The position numbers were made by a program, and so were the translations under genes. Below are positions 1 through 10,070 of a stretch of DNA of 64,000 nucleotides, in pieces. Positions within the stretch are counted from its first letter, which is position 1. Every line of letters starts with the position of its first letter. The notes beneath the pieces were generated by a model. It did not search any database. It saw nothing but the letters and a program-made list of their open reading frames with translations, and was not told the origin of the DNA. Origin of the DNA: Alphaproteobacteria bacterium (GTDB lineage: Bacteria; Pseudomonadota; Alphaproteobacteria; MPNO01; VGEU01); contig VGEU01000001.1 of NCBI GenBank assembly GCA_016869145.1, positions 127,237 through 191,236 on the forward strand, in the 5' to 3' direction.

Positions 1-293
1 TAGGTGCCGACGACGTGGGTGAAGACCCGCACGCCTTCGGGCAGATCGACATAGGCCGCGATATAGGGCGTAGTCCAGCCCTTCGGCGCGACATGGACGA
101 CCGACCAGCTATAGAGCGTGCCCACGGGCGACAGCGCGAGCGGGCGGAGGTTCTCCGACATGCAGGCGTGGCACACTGCGACCGCCGGGTAGACGCGGGC
201 ACCGCAGTCGGCGCATTCGGAGCCGGTGAGCCGCGGTCGGCCGTCGTCGCCGATCGCGATCCCGTCGCCCGGCAGGAACGGCGCCTCGCCCAT
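1..293 (-). CDS. DUF35 OB-fold / zinc-ribbon protein (N-terminal part only; runs off window start)
   Basis: Reverse translation from ATG at 293: MGEAPFLPGDGIAIGDDGRPRLTGSECADCGARVYPAVAVCHACMSENLRPLALSPVGTLYSWSVVHV... shows a C-x2-C...C-x2-C ribbon followed by an OB-fold-like region typical of DUF35 partners of thiolase-like enzymes. Confidence 0.55.
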   Translation of the reverse strand, partial: MGEAPFLPGDGIAIGDDGRPRLTGSECADCGARVYPAVAVCHACMSENLRPLALSPVGTLYSWSVVHVAPKGWTTPYIAAYVDLPEGVRVFTHVVGT

Positions 294-301
294 GGCCTCG
301 T

Positions 302-1354
302 TCAAGATACCCGCTCCGGCGCGCCGTCGCGACGTTGCCCCGCCGTCTCGGCCGCGATCAGCGCGCCGAGAATGCGCCGTGCCTGGATCGGCGCGCCGTC
401 GCCGTTGATGTCGACCTCGGGCGCACCCCGTGCGCTCGTGAGCCGGCGCTCCTGCGCCTCGAGGATCGCGACGTCCTCGGCGAAGGTCGCCCGCGCGCCG
501 TTGGCGAGAAGCTCCGTCATGGCGGCATCCTCGCGCGCGAAGTTCCGTGCGTAGCCCCAGAAATAGTGCGTCGACGTCGCGGTCTCGGGCGTGACCAGGT
601 GGATCGAGCGGATCTCGATGCCGCGGCGCCGATCGCCGTCGAGCGCGCCCGAGCCGGCCACCGCGCAGCCGATGTCCAAGATCACGTTGGCCGGCGCATG
701 ACAGTCGCAGTTCATCCAGCGATCGACATTGCCGTTGAACCCGCCGGCGCGCGCGAACAAAGGCGGCGGCGGACGGTCGACGATCCAGCGTTGCACGTGG
801 AGCGAGGTGCCGCGGCGTTCGGTGCGCGACGGTATTTCGGCGACCGCATCGGTCCCGATCGTGCGCTCGTGGACGAACTGGAGATGCGAGAAGTCGAGGA
901 GGTTGTCGACGAGGCGCTGGTAGTTGGCCCGGAGGTCGAACTTGCCGCGCGAGGTGACCCAGCCCGGGGTGTCGAGCCAGGCGATCTCGGGCACGCTCGC
1001 GGGGTCGGCGTCCTCGGCCGGACCCATCCAGACCCAGAGCCCCTGCCAGCGCTCGACGACCGGAAAGGCGCGCACCGCGCAGCCGGGCGGGATCGTCGAC
1101 TGTCCCGGCACCTCGACACAGCGTCCGGCGCCGTCGAAGGCGAGGCCGTGATAGCCGCAGCGGAGGTGATCGCCCTCGACCGTCCCCATCGAGAGCGGAA
1201 AGGCGCGGTGCGGGCAGCGGTCGGCGACCGCCTTGGGCGAGCCGTCACGGGTCCGGAAGAAGACCAGCCGCTCGCCGAGAACGGTGCGGCCGAACGGGCG
1301 GTCCGTCACCTCCTCGCGCCACGCGGCGAGGTACCAGGCCTTGCGCAGGAACAT
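302..1354 (-). CDS. Rieske [2Fe-2S] non-heme iron oxygenase, alpha-subunit type (VanA / phthalate dioxygenase-like)
   Basis: 350 aa; Rieske motif CPHR...CGYHG plus a catalytic mononuclear-iron domain; TGA stop. Confidence 0.8.
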   Translation of the reverse strand: MFLRKAWYLAAWREEVTDRPFGRTVLGERLVFFRTRDGSPKAVADRCPHRAFPLSMGTVEGDHLRCGYHGLAFDGAGRCVEVPGQSTIPPGCAVRAFPVVERWQGLWVWMGPAEDADPASVPEIAWLDTPGWVTSRGKFDLRANYQRLVDNLLDFSHLQFVHERTIGTDAVAEIPSRTERRGTSLHVQRWIVDRPPPPLFARAGGFNGNVDRWMNCDCHAPANVILDIGCAVAGSGALDGDRRRGIEIRSIHLVTPETATSTHYFWGYARNFAREDAAMTELLANGARATFAEDVAILEAQERRLTSARGAPEVDINGDGAPIQARRILGALIAAETAGQRRDGAPERVS

Positions 1355-1369
1355 CGCCGCCCTCCTTCG

Positions 1370-2137
1370 TCACCACATCGACGCGCCGCCGTCGACGACC
1401 ATCGTCTGGCCGGTCATGAAATCGCTGTCGCGCGAGGACAGGAACAGCATCGCCCCGACGAGGTCCTCCGGCTCCTGCAGCCGCTTCAGCGCGCGCGCGC
1501 CGATCTTGGCCGCCGGTCCGCCGTCCATCCAATTCGTGCGCGCCTTGATGTTCTCGCTCATCGTCGAGCCCGGCGCGATCGCGTTGACCGAGATGCCGTC
1601 GTCGCCGAGCTCGCGCGCCATCGAGCGCGTCATCGCGAGCACCGCCCCCTTCGAGGCATCGTAATGGAGGAAGAACGGCCCGCCCGCGAACACGCGCGCG
1701 GTGCAGATGTTGACGATCTTGCCGTATTTCTGTCGCCGCATCGGCGCGATCGCGGCGCGGGTGCAGAGGAATGGTCCGCGCACGTTCACCGCCATGATGC
1801 GGTCCCACAGCGCGAGGTCGATCTCCTCGATCCGAACCCGGTCGAGCTTGCCGAAGATCGCCGCGTTGTTGATCAGAATATCGAGCGTCCCGAAGGTGTT
1901 GAGCGCCGTCTCTGCCATGTCGTGGCAGGACTGCTCGTCGGCGACATCCGTCCGCACCGCGATCGCGCGTCCGCCCGCCGCCTTGATCGCGCGGGCGACC
2001 GGGCCCCCGTCGTCGATGTCGGCGATCACCACCGCGGCCCCTTCGGCGGCGAGCGCGTGGGCGAAGGTCGCCCCGATGCCCTGCGCCGCCCCGGTCACGA
2101 CGGCCACCCGTCGGTCCAGCCTGCCCATCGTTCTCAA
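1370..2137 (-). CDS. SDR family short-chain dehydrogenase/reductase
   Basis: TGAAQGIG glycine-rich NAD(P) motif, NNAA motif, and the YxxxK catalytic motif (HYDASKGAV). Confidence 0.85.
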   Translation of the reverse strand: MRTMGRLDRRVAVVTGAAQGIGATFAHALAAEGAAVVIADIDDGGPVARAIKAAGGRAIAVRTDVADEQSCHDMAETALNTFGTLDILINNAAIFGKLDRVRIEEIDLALWDRIMAVNVRGPFLCTRAAIAPMRRQKYGKIVNICTARVFAGGPFFLHYDASKGAVLAMTRSMARELGDDGISVNAIAPGSTMSENIKARTNWMDGGPAAKIGARALKRLQEPEDLVGAMLFLSSRDSDFMTGQTMVVDGGASMW

Positions 2138-2228
2138 TCCTTATCCGTTGGCGGCAACCTATCGGGGCGGTCCCGGCCTGTAAAGCCGGCGACCAGCAGG
2201 CGCCGGACGATCCGCGCGATCCGCGCGT

Positions 2229-3881
2229 TCAGTGTGTCACGTAGCCGTCGGCGCGATCGGCGGCGGTGCGGGCCGGGTCGCGCCGGTCCGGATCGCCGAA
2301 ACCGCCGCCACCCGCCGACCGGCAGACGACGACGTCGCCGGTCTCGATCGCCACCCCGCTCTCCTTGGTGCCGAGCCGGCGCTCGCCACGCGCGCTCTCG
2401 ATCCGGTAGTCGTGGCACGCCCCGATCGCCCCGCCGGCGACGCCATAGGGTCCGACTTCGACCCCTTCGCCGGCCGCGTTGAGCACGGCGGGCTCGGCGC
2501 CTTCGTAGCGGAGCCGATAGACCCCACCGAGCCCGCCGCGCGTGGTGCCGGCCCCACCCGAATCCGGGCGGAGCGCAAAGCTCTCGATCAGGAACGGGAA
2601 CGAGGACTCGGTGCGCTCGACGCTCGGCGAGCGCGCGCCGCCGGGGTTGTGGATGACGCCGAGATTGGGCCAACCGTCGGTCTCCGCCGTCGCACCGGCG
2701 CCGCCGCGGTTGGCGAAATAGTGCCAGATATAGGACCGCCCCTCGCGGTCCTTGCCCGCGATCGCGAAGCGGAAGCGCCGCGCGTAGCCCGCGATCATGT
2801 CCCGGGGCGCCGCCTTCTCCATCGCCTTCATCACGGCCTCCATGATGACGGTCGAGGTGAGGACCGAGGAGCCGACGACGGGCGCCGGCGACACGGGATC
2901 GCAGATGCTGCCGGTGCGCGTGATGATCCGGATCGGGCGGAAACAGCCTTCGTTGTGGGTCTGGTCGTCGGTCGCCATGTACATGAACGCGACATAGACG
3001 CAGGCCGCGGTGTTGGCGTAGGGGCTGTTGACGAAGGACGCGAGCTGGTCGGCCGAATCGGTCAGATCGACCGTCGCATGGTCGTCCTCGATCGTCACGG
3101 TCGCGCGCACCGGGATGCGCTGGTTGCCGCGGCCATCGTCGTCGAGAACGCTCTCGCCCCGGTAGACGCCCGGCGTCCAGCGCCGGAACTGCGCCCGCAT
3201 CGCCGCTTCGGCGGCATCGAGGATCGCGGCCGAGCAGCGGTCGATCTCGTCGGCGCCATAGCGGTCGAACAGCGCCCGCATCCGGTCGACGCCGACATGG
3301 ACGGCGGCGAGCTGGGCGCGGAGATCGCCCATCATGTCCTCGGGCTTGCGCGTATTTTCGACGATCAGCCGGAGGAGATCCTCGCGCACGCGGCCGCGCT
3401 CGGCGAGCTTGCACGGCGGGATGCGGATGCCCTCGTGGAAGATCTCGCTCGCATTGCCGCTGAACCCGCCCGCCGACATGCCACCGATGTCGCCCTGGTG
3501 GGCGCGGTTGGCGACCCAGAGCCGAATCTGGCCGCCGTCGAAGACCGGCATCGCGAGCGTCACGTCGGGCAGATGGTTGCCGCCCCAATAGGGATCGTTG
3601 GCGATCAGGATATCGCCCTCGTGCACGTCGCCCGCGAAGGCCCGCATCATCGCCTTCACCGCGAACGGCATGGCGCCCATGTGGATCGGCACGCGCTCGG
3701 CCTGCGCGAGCATGCGGCCTTCCGCGTCGTGGATGACGGCCGACAGATCGTGGCTCTGGTTGAGGATCGGCGAGAAGGAGGTGCGGATCATCGTATCCAC
3801 CATCTCCTCGGCGACCGATTTCAGCTTGTGGCGGACGACGGCGAGCGTCAGGGGGTGCGGGCGGGAGAGATTGCGCATCAC
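2229..3881 (-). CDS. hydantoinase B / oxoprolinase family protein (HyuB-like)
   Basis: 550 aa with hydantoinase_B-like sequence throughout; 4-bp overlap with the upstream HyuA-like gene, as in hyuA-hyuB operons. Confidence 0.85.
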   Translation of the reverse strand: MMRNLSRPHPLTLAVVRHKLKSVAEEMVDTMIRTSFSPILNQSHDLSAVIHDAEGRMLAQAERVPIHMGAMPFAVKAMMRAFAGDVHEGDILIANDPYWGGNHLPDVTLAMPVFDGGQIRLWVANRAHQGDIGGMSAGGFSGNASEIFHEGIRIPPCKLAERGRVREDLLRLIVENTRKPEDMMGDLRAQLAAVHVGVDRMRALFDRYGADEIDRCSAAILDAAEAAMRAQFRRWTPGVYRGESVLDDDGRGNQRIPVRATVTIEDDHATVDLTDSADQLASFVNSPYANTAACVYVAFMYMATDDQTHNEGCFRPIRIITRTGSICDPVSPAPVVGSSVLTSTVIMEAVMKAMEKAAPRDMIAGYARRFRFAIAGKDREGRSYIWHYFANRGGAGATAETDGWPNLGVIHNPGGARSPSVERTESSFPFLIESFALRPDSGGAGTTRGGLGGVYRLRYEGAEPAVLNAAGEGVEVGPYGVAGGAIGACHDYRIESARGERRLGTKESGVAIETGDVVVCRSAGGGGFGDPDRRDPARTAADRADGYVTH

Positions 3882-5974
3882 CGGGTTCCGATCACCAGGC
3901 TGCCATGGGCGTCCGTCGCGGCCCGCGCGCCGTCGGGAACGAGGACGGTCGTCGATTCCGATTCGACCAGCGCCGGGCCGGCAAAGGCCATGCCGTGAAC
4001 GAGCGCATCGAAGGCGAAGACGGGAATCTCGTGCCAGCCCTCGAGCCAGACCCGGCGCGTGCCGGTCGCAGCCGGCGTCGGATCGGCCGCGCCGCGCGGA
4101 TGCGTCGGCAGATCGAGCGGCGGCAGCTTCCCGCTCGTCACGACGCGCACCGTCTCGACCACCGCCGTCTCGCCGGGATGGCTGTGGAAATAGAGCCGCT
4201 CATAGGCCGCCGCGAAATCGCGGGTCAGCCAGTCGAGCCCGTCCTCGGCGAGACGGTCCGGCGCGATCGGCACCTCGACGGTGTAGGCCTGGCGCAGATA
4301 GCGGCAATCGAACAGGCGCTGCGCCACGATGTCGGCATCGGCGAAGCCGTCGGCGCGGAGCCGAGCCCGCCCCTCCGTCTCGAGCGCATCGATCGTCTTC
4401 CGAAGTGCGGCCGGGGCGAGTGCGGCGAACGGCTGGCCGATCGCGGCGAGGGAATCGTGGCGGACATCGCTCGCCAGGAAACCGAGCGCCGAGAGGACCG
4501 AGGCGTGGTTGGGGACGACGACGCGCGGGATCGAGAGGTCGCGCGCGACCGCGACCATGTGGAGGCCCGCCGCACCGCCGAAGCCGAGCAGCACCGCATC
4601 GCGCGGGTCGTAGCCGCGCCGGACGGTCGCGGCGCGAATGCCCTCGGCGATGCGCGAATTGGTGAGCGTGTGGATCGCGTAGGCCGCGTCCTCGAGACCG
4701 ATCGCGAGCGGCGCCGCGATCGCGGTCCGCACCGCATGCTCGGCCGCCGCGCGGTCGAGGCGAAGCCGGCCGCCGAGAAAGGACCCGGGCGCGAGATAGC
4801 CGAGAACGAGATTGGCATCGGTCACGGTCGGCAGGGTGCCGCCCCGGCCATAGCACGCGGGGCCCGGCGCGGCGCCGGCGCTCTCCGGCCCGACCTCGAG
4901 GAGGCCGCCGCTGTCGAGCCTGGCGATCGAGCCGCCGCCGGCGCCGAGGGCCGCTATATCGATCGCGGGCGCGCAGATCTTGACGTCGCTCATCTCGTGC
5001 TCGTGGCGCTCGACCGGCGCGCCGTGCTCGATCACGCTGATATCGGTCGAGGTTCCGCCCATGTCGCAGGTGACGAGAAGGGGCGCCGCCGTCAGACGCG
5101 CGAACAGCGCGCCCGCCATGGCGCCGCCCGCCGGTCCACTCAAGACCGAGCCGACCGCGAACGCCGTCGCCTCGGCGAGCGGCAGCACGCCGCCGGTCGA
5201 CTGCATCACGAGCACCTTGAATTGCCCGCCCGCCGCATCGAGCCGTTCCTGCAACCGCTCGAGATAGCGGGCGAGCCCCGGTCCCACATAGGCGTTGACC
5301 GCGGCGGTCGAGAGCCGGTCGTACTCGCCCTCGCGCGGCAGCACGCGATGGGAGAGCGACACGTAAGCTCGCCAACCGTTCGCCGTCGCCAGCGCGGCGA
5401 GCCGGTCCTCGTGCGCCGGGTGGCGATGGGCATGGAGGAGACAGATCACGAGCGCCTCGACGCCCGCCTCGCGCAGCGACGCGATCCGCGCCGCCGCTGC
5501 GGCCTCGTCGAGGGGCCGCTCGATGCGACCATCGTAGCGCACGCGCTCAGGCACCTCGAGACGGTGACGGCGTGCGATCAGGGGCGCCGGGAACGGCATA
5601 CGGAGGTCGTAGCGACGCGGCTTCGTCCCCTCGCGGAGCTCCATGACGTCGCGAAAGCCCTCGGTCGTGAGGAGCCCGAGCCGCGCGCCCTTGCGCTCGA
5701 CGAGAAGATTGGTCGCGACGGTCGTGCCGTGAATGAAGAGGCTACACGCGCCGAGGAGGGTGCGAAGCGGCCGGTCGATGCGCTCGGCGACGAGCGCGAG
5801 CCCGTCGAGCACGCCGATCGACGGATCGGTCGGCGTGGTCATGGCCTTGGCTGTCCACAACCGGCCGTCGTCCTCGCCGAGAACGACGACGTCGGTGAAG
5901 GTTCCGCCGATATCGACGCCGATGCGGATCACGAGTCCGAGATTCCCGAAGCCCGGGGCATTATGCTCCGCCAC
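3878..5974 (-). CDS. hydantoinase A / oxoprolinase family protein (HyuA-like)
   Basis: 698 aa; N-terminal VDIGGTFTD ATPase motif of the hydantoinase/oxoprolinase family; the C-terminal half is also family-like. Confidence 0.85.
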   Translation of the reverse strand: MAEHNAPGFGNLGLVIRIGVDIGGTFTDVVVLGEDDGRLWTAKAMTTPTDPSIGVLDGLALVAERIDRPLRTLLGACSLFIHGTTVATNLLVERKGARLGLLTTEGFRDVMELREGTKPRRYDLRMPFPAPLIARRHRLEVPERVRYDGRIERPLDEAAAAARIASLREAGVEALVICLLHAHRHPAHEDRLAALATANGWRAYVSLSHRVLPREGEYDRLSTAAVNAYVGPGLARYLERLQERLDAAGGQFKVLVMQSTGGVLPLAEATAFAVGSVLSGPAGGAMAGALFARLTAAPLLVTCDMGGTSTDISVIEHGAPVERHEHEMSDVKICAPAIDIAALGAGGGSIARLDSGGLLEVGPESAGAAPGPACYGRGGTLPTVTDANLVLGYLAPGSFLGGRLRLDRAAAEHAVRTAIAAPLAIGLEDAAYAIHTLTNSRIAEGIRAATVRRGYDPRDAVLLGFGGAAGLHMVAVARDLSIPRVVVPNHASVLSALGFLASDVRHDSLAAIGQPFAALAPAALRKTIDALETEGRARLRADGFADADIVAQRLFDCRYLRQAYTVEVPIAPDRLAEDGLDWLTRDFAAAYERLYFHSHPGETAVVETVRVVTSGKLPPLDLPTHPRGAADPTPAATGTRRVWLEGWHEIPVFAFDALVHGMAFAGPALVESESTTVLVPDGARAATDAHGSLVIGTR

Positions 5975-6121
5975 GGCCGGCCGCGATAGGCCGCGGCACC
6001 GGTCGCGTCAGTCGAGACACGGGGTTTGCCGATGACCGAACAAGCCGCCCCGCCCGCCGCCCGACCGCGGCGTCGCGCACCACGCCGTCGCACGCCCCCC
6101 GGCGCGCCGCCCGGCACCCTC

Positions 6122-7174
6122 ATGCCGGTGCCCGAATCCGCGAAGCCGCACGTGACGGCGATTGCCTACGGCGCCGACGCGCTCGAGGAGGCGGCGGTCA
6201 CCGACCTCGCGACCCTGCCCGATATCGTCGCCCGCGCCGCCGTGACCTGGATCGACGTCATCGGCTTCGGCGACGTCGAGACGATCCGCACCATCGGCCG
6301 CCAGTTCAAGCTGCACGAGCTTGCGCTCGAGGATGTGCTCAGCATGAACCAGCGTCCGAAGGTCGACGACTACGACCAGCATCTCTTCATCGTCTGCCAT
6401 ATGCCGACCGACGATCCGGGATTCGAGACGGTGCAGCTCGGCCTCTTCGTCGGCGAGCGTTTCGTCATCACGTTCCGCGACCGGGCGGGCGATTGTTTCG
6501 GCCCGGTGCGTGAGCGTCTGCGTCGCGGCCGCGGCCGCTTGCGTCGCTCCGGCCCGGACTATCTCGCCTACGCGCTGATCGATGCCGTCGTCGACGCCTA
6601 TTTTCCGGTGCTCGAGAGGAAGGGCGAGGAGGTCGACACCATCGAGCAGGCCGTGCTCGCCCGCTCCGGGATGCGCGTGGTCGGCTCGTTGCACGGGATC
6701 AAGCGCGACCTTCTCGCGCTCCGGCGCGCGGTCTGGCCGCATCGCGATCTCCTCGCGGTGCTGACCCGCGACGACTCGCCCCTCATCCGCGACGACACCC
6801 GCCCCTTCCTCCGCGACACCTACGATCACACCATCCAGCTCATGGACATGGTCGAGACCTACCGCGAGATCGGCGCCGATCTGATCGACATCCATCTGTC
6901 GGGCGTGAGCGCCCGCATGAACGAGATCATGAAGGTGCTGACGGTCATCGCGACCGTGTTCATCCCGCTCAACTTCTTCGCCAGCCTCTACGGGATGAAC
7001 TTCGACCCCAAGGCCTCGCCCTACAACATGCCCGAGCTCGAGCTCTATTACGGCTATCCGCTCGCGTTGGCCGGCATGATCGCCCTCGCTTTGCTCATGG
7101 TCCTCTATTTCTGGCGCAAGGGCTGGTTCAGCGATGGTGAACGCCCGGCCCGGCCGCGCCGCCGCAAGGATTGA
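6122..7174 (+). CDS. corA: magnesium/cobalt transporter CorA
   Basis: C-terminal two-TM domain with the YGMNF signature; start taken at the internal Met MPVPES, which gives about 350 aa. The ORF extends back to 6026. Confidence 0.8.
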   Translation: MPVPESAKPHVTAIAYGADALEEAAVTDLATLPDIVARAAVTWIDVIGFGDVETIRTIGRQFKLHELALEDVLSMNQRPKVDDYDQHLFIVCHMPTDDPGFETVQLGLFVGERFVITFRDRAGDCFGPVRERLRRGRGRLRRSGPDYLAYALIDAVVDAYFPVLERKGEEVDTIEQAVLARSGMRVVGSLHGIKRDLLALRRAVWPHRDLLAVLTRDDSPLIRDDTRPFLRDTYDHTIQLMDMVETYREIGADLIDIHLSGVSARMNEIMKVLTVIATVFIPLNFFASLYGMNFDPKASPYNMPELELYYGYPLALAGMIALALLMVLYFWRKGWFSDGERPARPRRRKD

Positions 7175-7224
7175 GCCGGCGCCCCATTGGGCGCATCATG
7201 GATCACCACCATGGGAGAGAGGCC

Positions 7225-8058
7225 ATGCCCGCCACGGCCCCGATGATGTCGGTCGAGGAACTTGCCGCCCGGATACCGGACGGGGCGCATCTCGCGCTCT
7301 CGAAGGACGACAGCGGCACCGCGATCGCTCTGATACACGCGATGATCCGGGGCGGGGTCAAGAACCTCCATGTCGTCTACGTGCCCGTAGGCGGGCTCAT
7401 GGCCGACCTCCTGATCGGGGCCGGCTGCATCGCGACGATCGAGTGCTCCGGCGTGAGCTTCGGCGAGCTCGGGCTCGCGCCGCGCTTCCGCGATGCGGTG
7501 CAGTCGGGCGCCATCCGCATCAAGGACGCGACCTGCCCGGCGATCTACGCCGCGGTCCAGGCCGGCGAGCGCGGCATCCCGTTCACGCCGATCCGCGGCA
7601 TCCTCGGCTCCGATGTGCTTAGCTACCGCGACGACTGGAAGGTCGTCGACAACCCCTTCGCCGCCGGCGGCGGCGATCCGATCGTGCTGGTGCCCGCCAT
7701 CAACCCCGATATCACGTTCTTTCACGCCCGCTGGGGCGACCGCTACGGCAATGTCTGGGTCGGCAAGCGGCGCGAGCTCGCGACGCTCGCGCATGCGGCG
7801 CGCGAAACACTCGTCACGGTCGAGGATCTCTATGACGGCAACCTGATGACCGACGAGACGCTGGTCGCCGGCACGATCTCCTCGCTCTATATCAGCGGCG
7901 TCGCGCACGTACCGCACGGCGCCAAGCCGCTCAACCTCGACGGCTGCTACGACATCGATCGCAAGCACATCCGCGACTATATCCGCGAGGCGCAGACCGT
8001 CGAAGGCTTCGCCGCCTATCTCGACCGCACCGTGTTCGGCAACAAGGTGGCCGCCTGA
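7225..8058 (+). CDS. CoA-transferase subunit A (glutaconate/3-oxoacid CoA-transferase family)
   Basis: Family-like sequence; directly followed by a subunit B gene 3 bp downstream. Start chosen at MPATAPMM; the ORF extends back to 7171. Confidence 0.75.
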   Translation: MPATAPMMSVEELAARIPDGAHLALSKDDSGTAIALIHAMIRGGVKNLHVVYVPVGGLMADLLIGAGCIATIECSGVSFGELGLAPRFRDAVQSGAIRIKDATCPAIYAAVQAGERGIPFTPIRGILGSDVLSYRDDWKVVDNPFAAGGGDPIVLVPAINPDITFFHARWGDRYGNVWVGKRRELATLAHAARETLVTVEDLYDGNLMTDETLVAGTISSLYISGVAHVPHGAKPLNLDGCYDIDRKHIRDYIREAQTVEGFAAYLDRTVFGNKVAA

Positions 8059-8060
8059 CC

Positions 8061-8807
8061 ATGGCGTTCAGCCGCGAGGAGCAGCTCATCTGCGTCATCG
8101 CGCGGATGCTGGAGGGCCAGCGCAATATCTCCGTCGGCACCAATTCGCCGATCCCCGCCGCCGCGGCGCTCCTGATGGAGCGGCTCACCGACGGCTGGGC
8201 GCGCCCACTCCTCCTCGGCTCGAGCCGGCATTATCCCGCCAATGACGGCGGCGTCGAATTCCACGACCGCGCGGCGCAGGGCCGGGTCGACGTTTTCTTC
8301 CTCGGCGGCGGCCAGATCGACGGCGAAGGCAACATCAATCTCGTCGGCATCGGCGCGTACCCCAAGATGAAGGTGCGGCTGCCCGGGAGCTTCGGCTCCG
8401 CCTTCCTCTATCTGACCGTGCCGCGGGTGATCCTGTTCCGCGAGGAACACAGCGCCCGCGTGCTCGTACCCAAGGTCGACTTCATCAGCGCCGCCGGCTG
8501 GAGCCCGCCCGGCGTCTTCCGTCGCGGCGGCCCCTACGCGCTGATCACCTCGATGGCGGTCTTCTTCTACGACAAGGACCGGCATCGCTTCCGCCTCGAC
8601 TATGTCCATGCCGGCAACTCGGTCGATGACGTCCGCGCCAATACCGGGTTCGATTTCGATCTGGCGAGCCCGGTCCGCGAGACGCCACCGCCCGAGCCCG
8701 ACCGGCTCGCTTTGATCCGCGGCGAGATCGCGGCCGAGCTCGCCCACCTCTACCCCAAATTCGCCGCCGAGAAGCTCGGCTACACGGCCGCCGCCGCGAA
8801 CGTCTGA
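8061..8807 (+). CDS. CoA-transferase subunit B
   Basis: 248 aa with CoA-transferase beta-subunit-like sequence, immediately after subunit A. Confidence 0.75.
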   Translation: MAFSREEQLICVIARMLEGQRNISVGTNSPIPAAAALLMERLTDGWARPLLLGSSRHYPANDGGVEFHDRAAQGRVDVFFLGGGQIDGEGNINLVGIGAYPKMKVRLPGSFGSAFLYLTVPRVILFREEHSARVLVPKVDFISAAGWSPPGVFRRGGPYALITSMAVFFYDKDRHRFRLDYVHAGNSVDDVRANTGFDFDLASPVRETPPPEPDRLALIRGEIAAELAHLYPKFAAEKLGYTAAAANV

Positions 8808-8906
8808 GCCGATCCCCCGCGCGGGCCGCGATGGACACCCGCACCCGACCTGGGCCATGATCGCGCATCATAACGAGGCGCTTCACGCCGACTGGGAGAA
8901 AACGAC

Positions 8907-9941
8907 ATGGTACTCAGGACGCCCTTTACCTTGGGAAGCCGGATCATCGCCGCGGGCGTCATCGCCGGCGGCCTCGTGCTCGGCACCGCCGCCGCGCGCG
9001 CGCAGGACTTCACTATGAAGATCGCGATCGTCGTCGTGAACGATCCGCTCCACGAGTTCATCAAGGAATACAAGACCCGGATCGAGGCGAAGACGAACAA
9101 CCGCATCAAGGCCGAGCTCTATCCCGGCGCGCAGCTCGGCGGCATTCCGCGGCTCGCCGAAGGCGTCCTCCTCGGCACGATCGAGATGTTCGTCACTCCG
9201 CCCTCGTTCTTCAAGGGCGCCGACACGCGCTTCCAGGTCACCGACGGCCCCGGCCTGTTCGACAACCTCGATCACGCGCACGCCGCGCTGACCGATCCGA
9301 CCTTCCGCGACCCCTATCTCGACGTCGGCGTGCCCAAGGGCGTCAAGGGTGTCAGCATGTGGGTCTACGGTCCGACCGCCTATGCCTCGCTCGAGCCGAT
9401 CCGCAAGATCGACGACTTCAAGGGCAAGAAGCTCCGCGTGCTCGCGACCAATGTCGAGACCGGCATCATGCGGAAGCTCGGCGCCGCCGGCGTTCCGATG
9501 GATTTCGCCGAGGTTCTGGGCGCGTTGCAGAACAAGACGCTCGACGGCATCCGCTCCTCGATGGTGGTCATGGGCGCGAGCAAGTTCTTCACCGTCACGA
9601 AGAACCTCCTCATCGTCAACGACACGATGATCCCGTGCGCGGCGATGGTCTCGACCGCGTTCCTCAACAAGCTGCCCGCCGATCTCCGCCAGGCCGTGCT
9701 CGATGTCGGCAAGGACATGGAGCCGTTCATGCTTAAGACCGCGAAGGAGTTCGACGCGCGGGCCGAGCAGCTCTGGAAGGACAACGGCGCGACGATCAGC
9801 CGCCTCACCGACGCGGAGCGGGCCGACTTCCTGAAGCGCGCGGTCTCGGTCGGCGACGAGGTGCTGGGCAGCGATGCGCAATTGAAGCCGCTCTACGAGG
9901 CGCTCAAGAAGGCCGCCGAGACGCATCGCAAGCGTTCGTGA
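8907..9941 (+). CDS. TRAP transporter substrate-binding protein (DctP family), orphan with no adjacent DctQM
   Basis: N-terminal signal peptide and DctP-family sequence over 344 aa. Confidence 0.8.
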   Translation: MVLRTPFTLGSRIIAAGVIAGGLVLGTAAARAQDFTMKIAIVVVNDPLHEFIKEYKTRIEAKTNNRIKAELYPGAQLGGIPRLAEGVLLGTIEMFVTPPSFFKGADTRFQVTDGPGLFDNLDHAHAALTDPTFRDPYLDVGVPKGVKGVSMWVYGPTAYASLEPIRKIDDFKGKKLRVLATNVETGIMRKLGAAGVPMDFAEVLGALQNKTLDGIRSSMVVMGASKFFTVTKNLLIVNDTMIPCAAMVSTAFLNKLPADLRQAVLDVGKDMEPFMLKTAKEFDARAEQLWKDNGATISRLTDAERADFLKRAVSVGDEVLGSDAQLKPLYEALKKAAETHRKRS

Positions 9942-9964
9942 TCGGCCGAACACACGACGACCGG

Positions 9965-9996
9965 AGGCCGGGCATTTGCCCGGCCTTCTCTTTTCC
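9965..9996 (+). terminator. rho-independent terminator after the TRAP SBP gene
   Basis: aggccgggca-tt-tgcccggcct hairpin followed by the T-run tctcttttcc. Confidence 0.5.
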
Positions 9997-10070
9997 GCGC
10001 CCGCCTGGACACCGGCCGCGAGTTCCGCCAAGGTGGACGACAACGCACAACAATCACCGCGGAGGCTGCA

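Noticed and set aside
335-2482. 715-aa plus-strand ORF, and many similar long ORFs (2134-3588 minus, 2232-3998 plus, 3905-5989 plus, 4200-5375 minus, 6008-6895 minus, 8883-10268 minus, 10308-11489 minus, 17973-20012 minus, 20006-21283 minus, 22890-24074 minus, 40494-42365 plus, 40756-43026 minus, 44827-47649 plus, 48006-50156 plus, 50105-51679 plus, 52548-53981 minus)
   Set aside because: These are Arg/Ala/Pro/Gly-rich low-complexity translations in frames opposite to or overlapping genes with clear family signatures. They are typical stop-codon-poor artefacts of 70% GC DNA.
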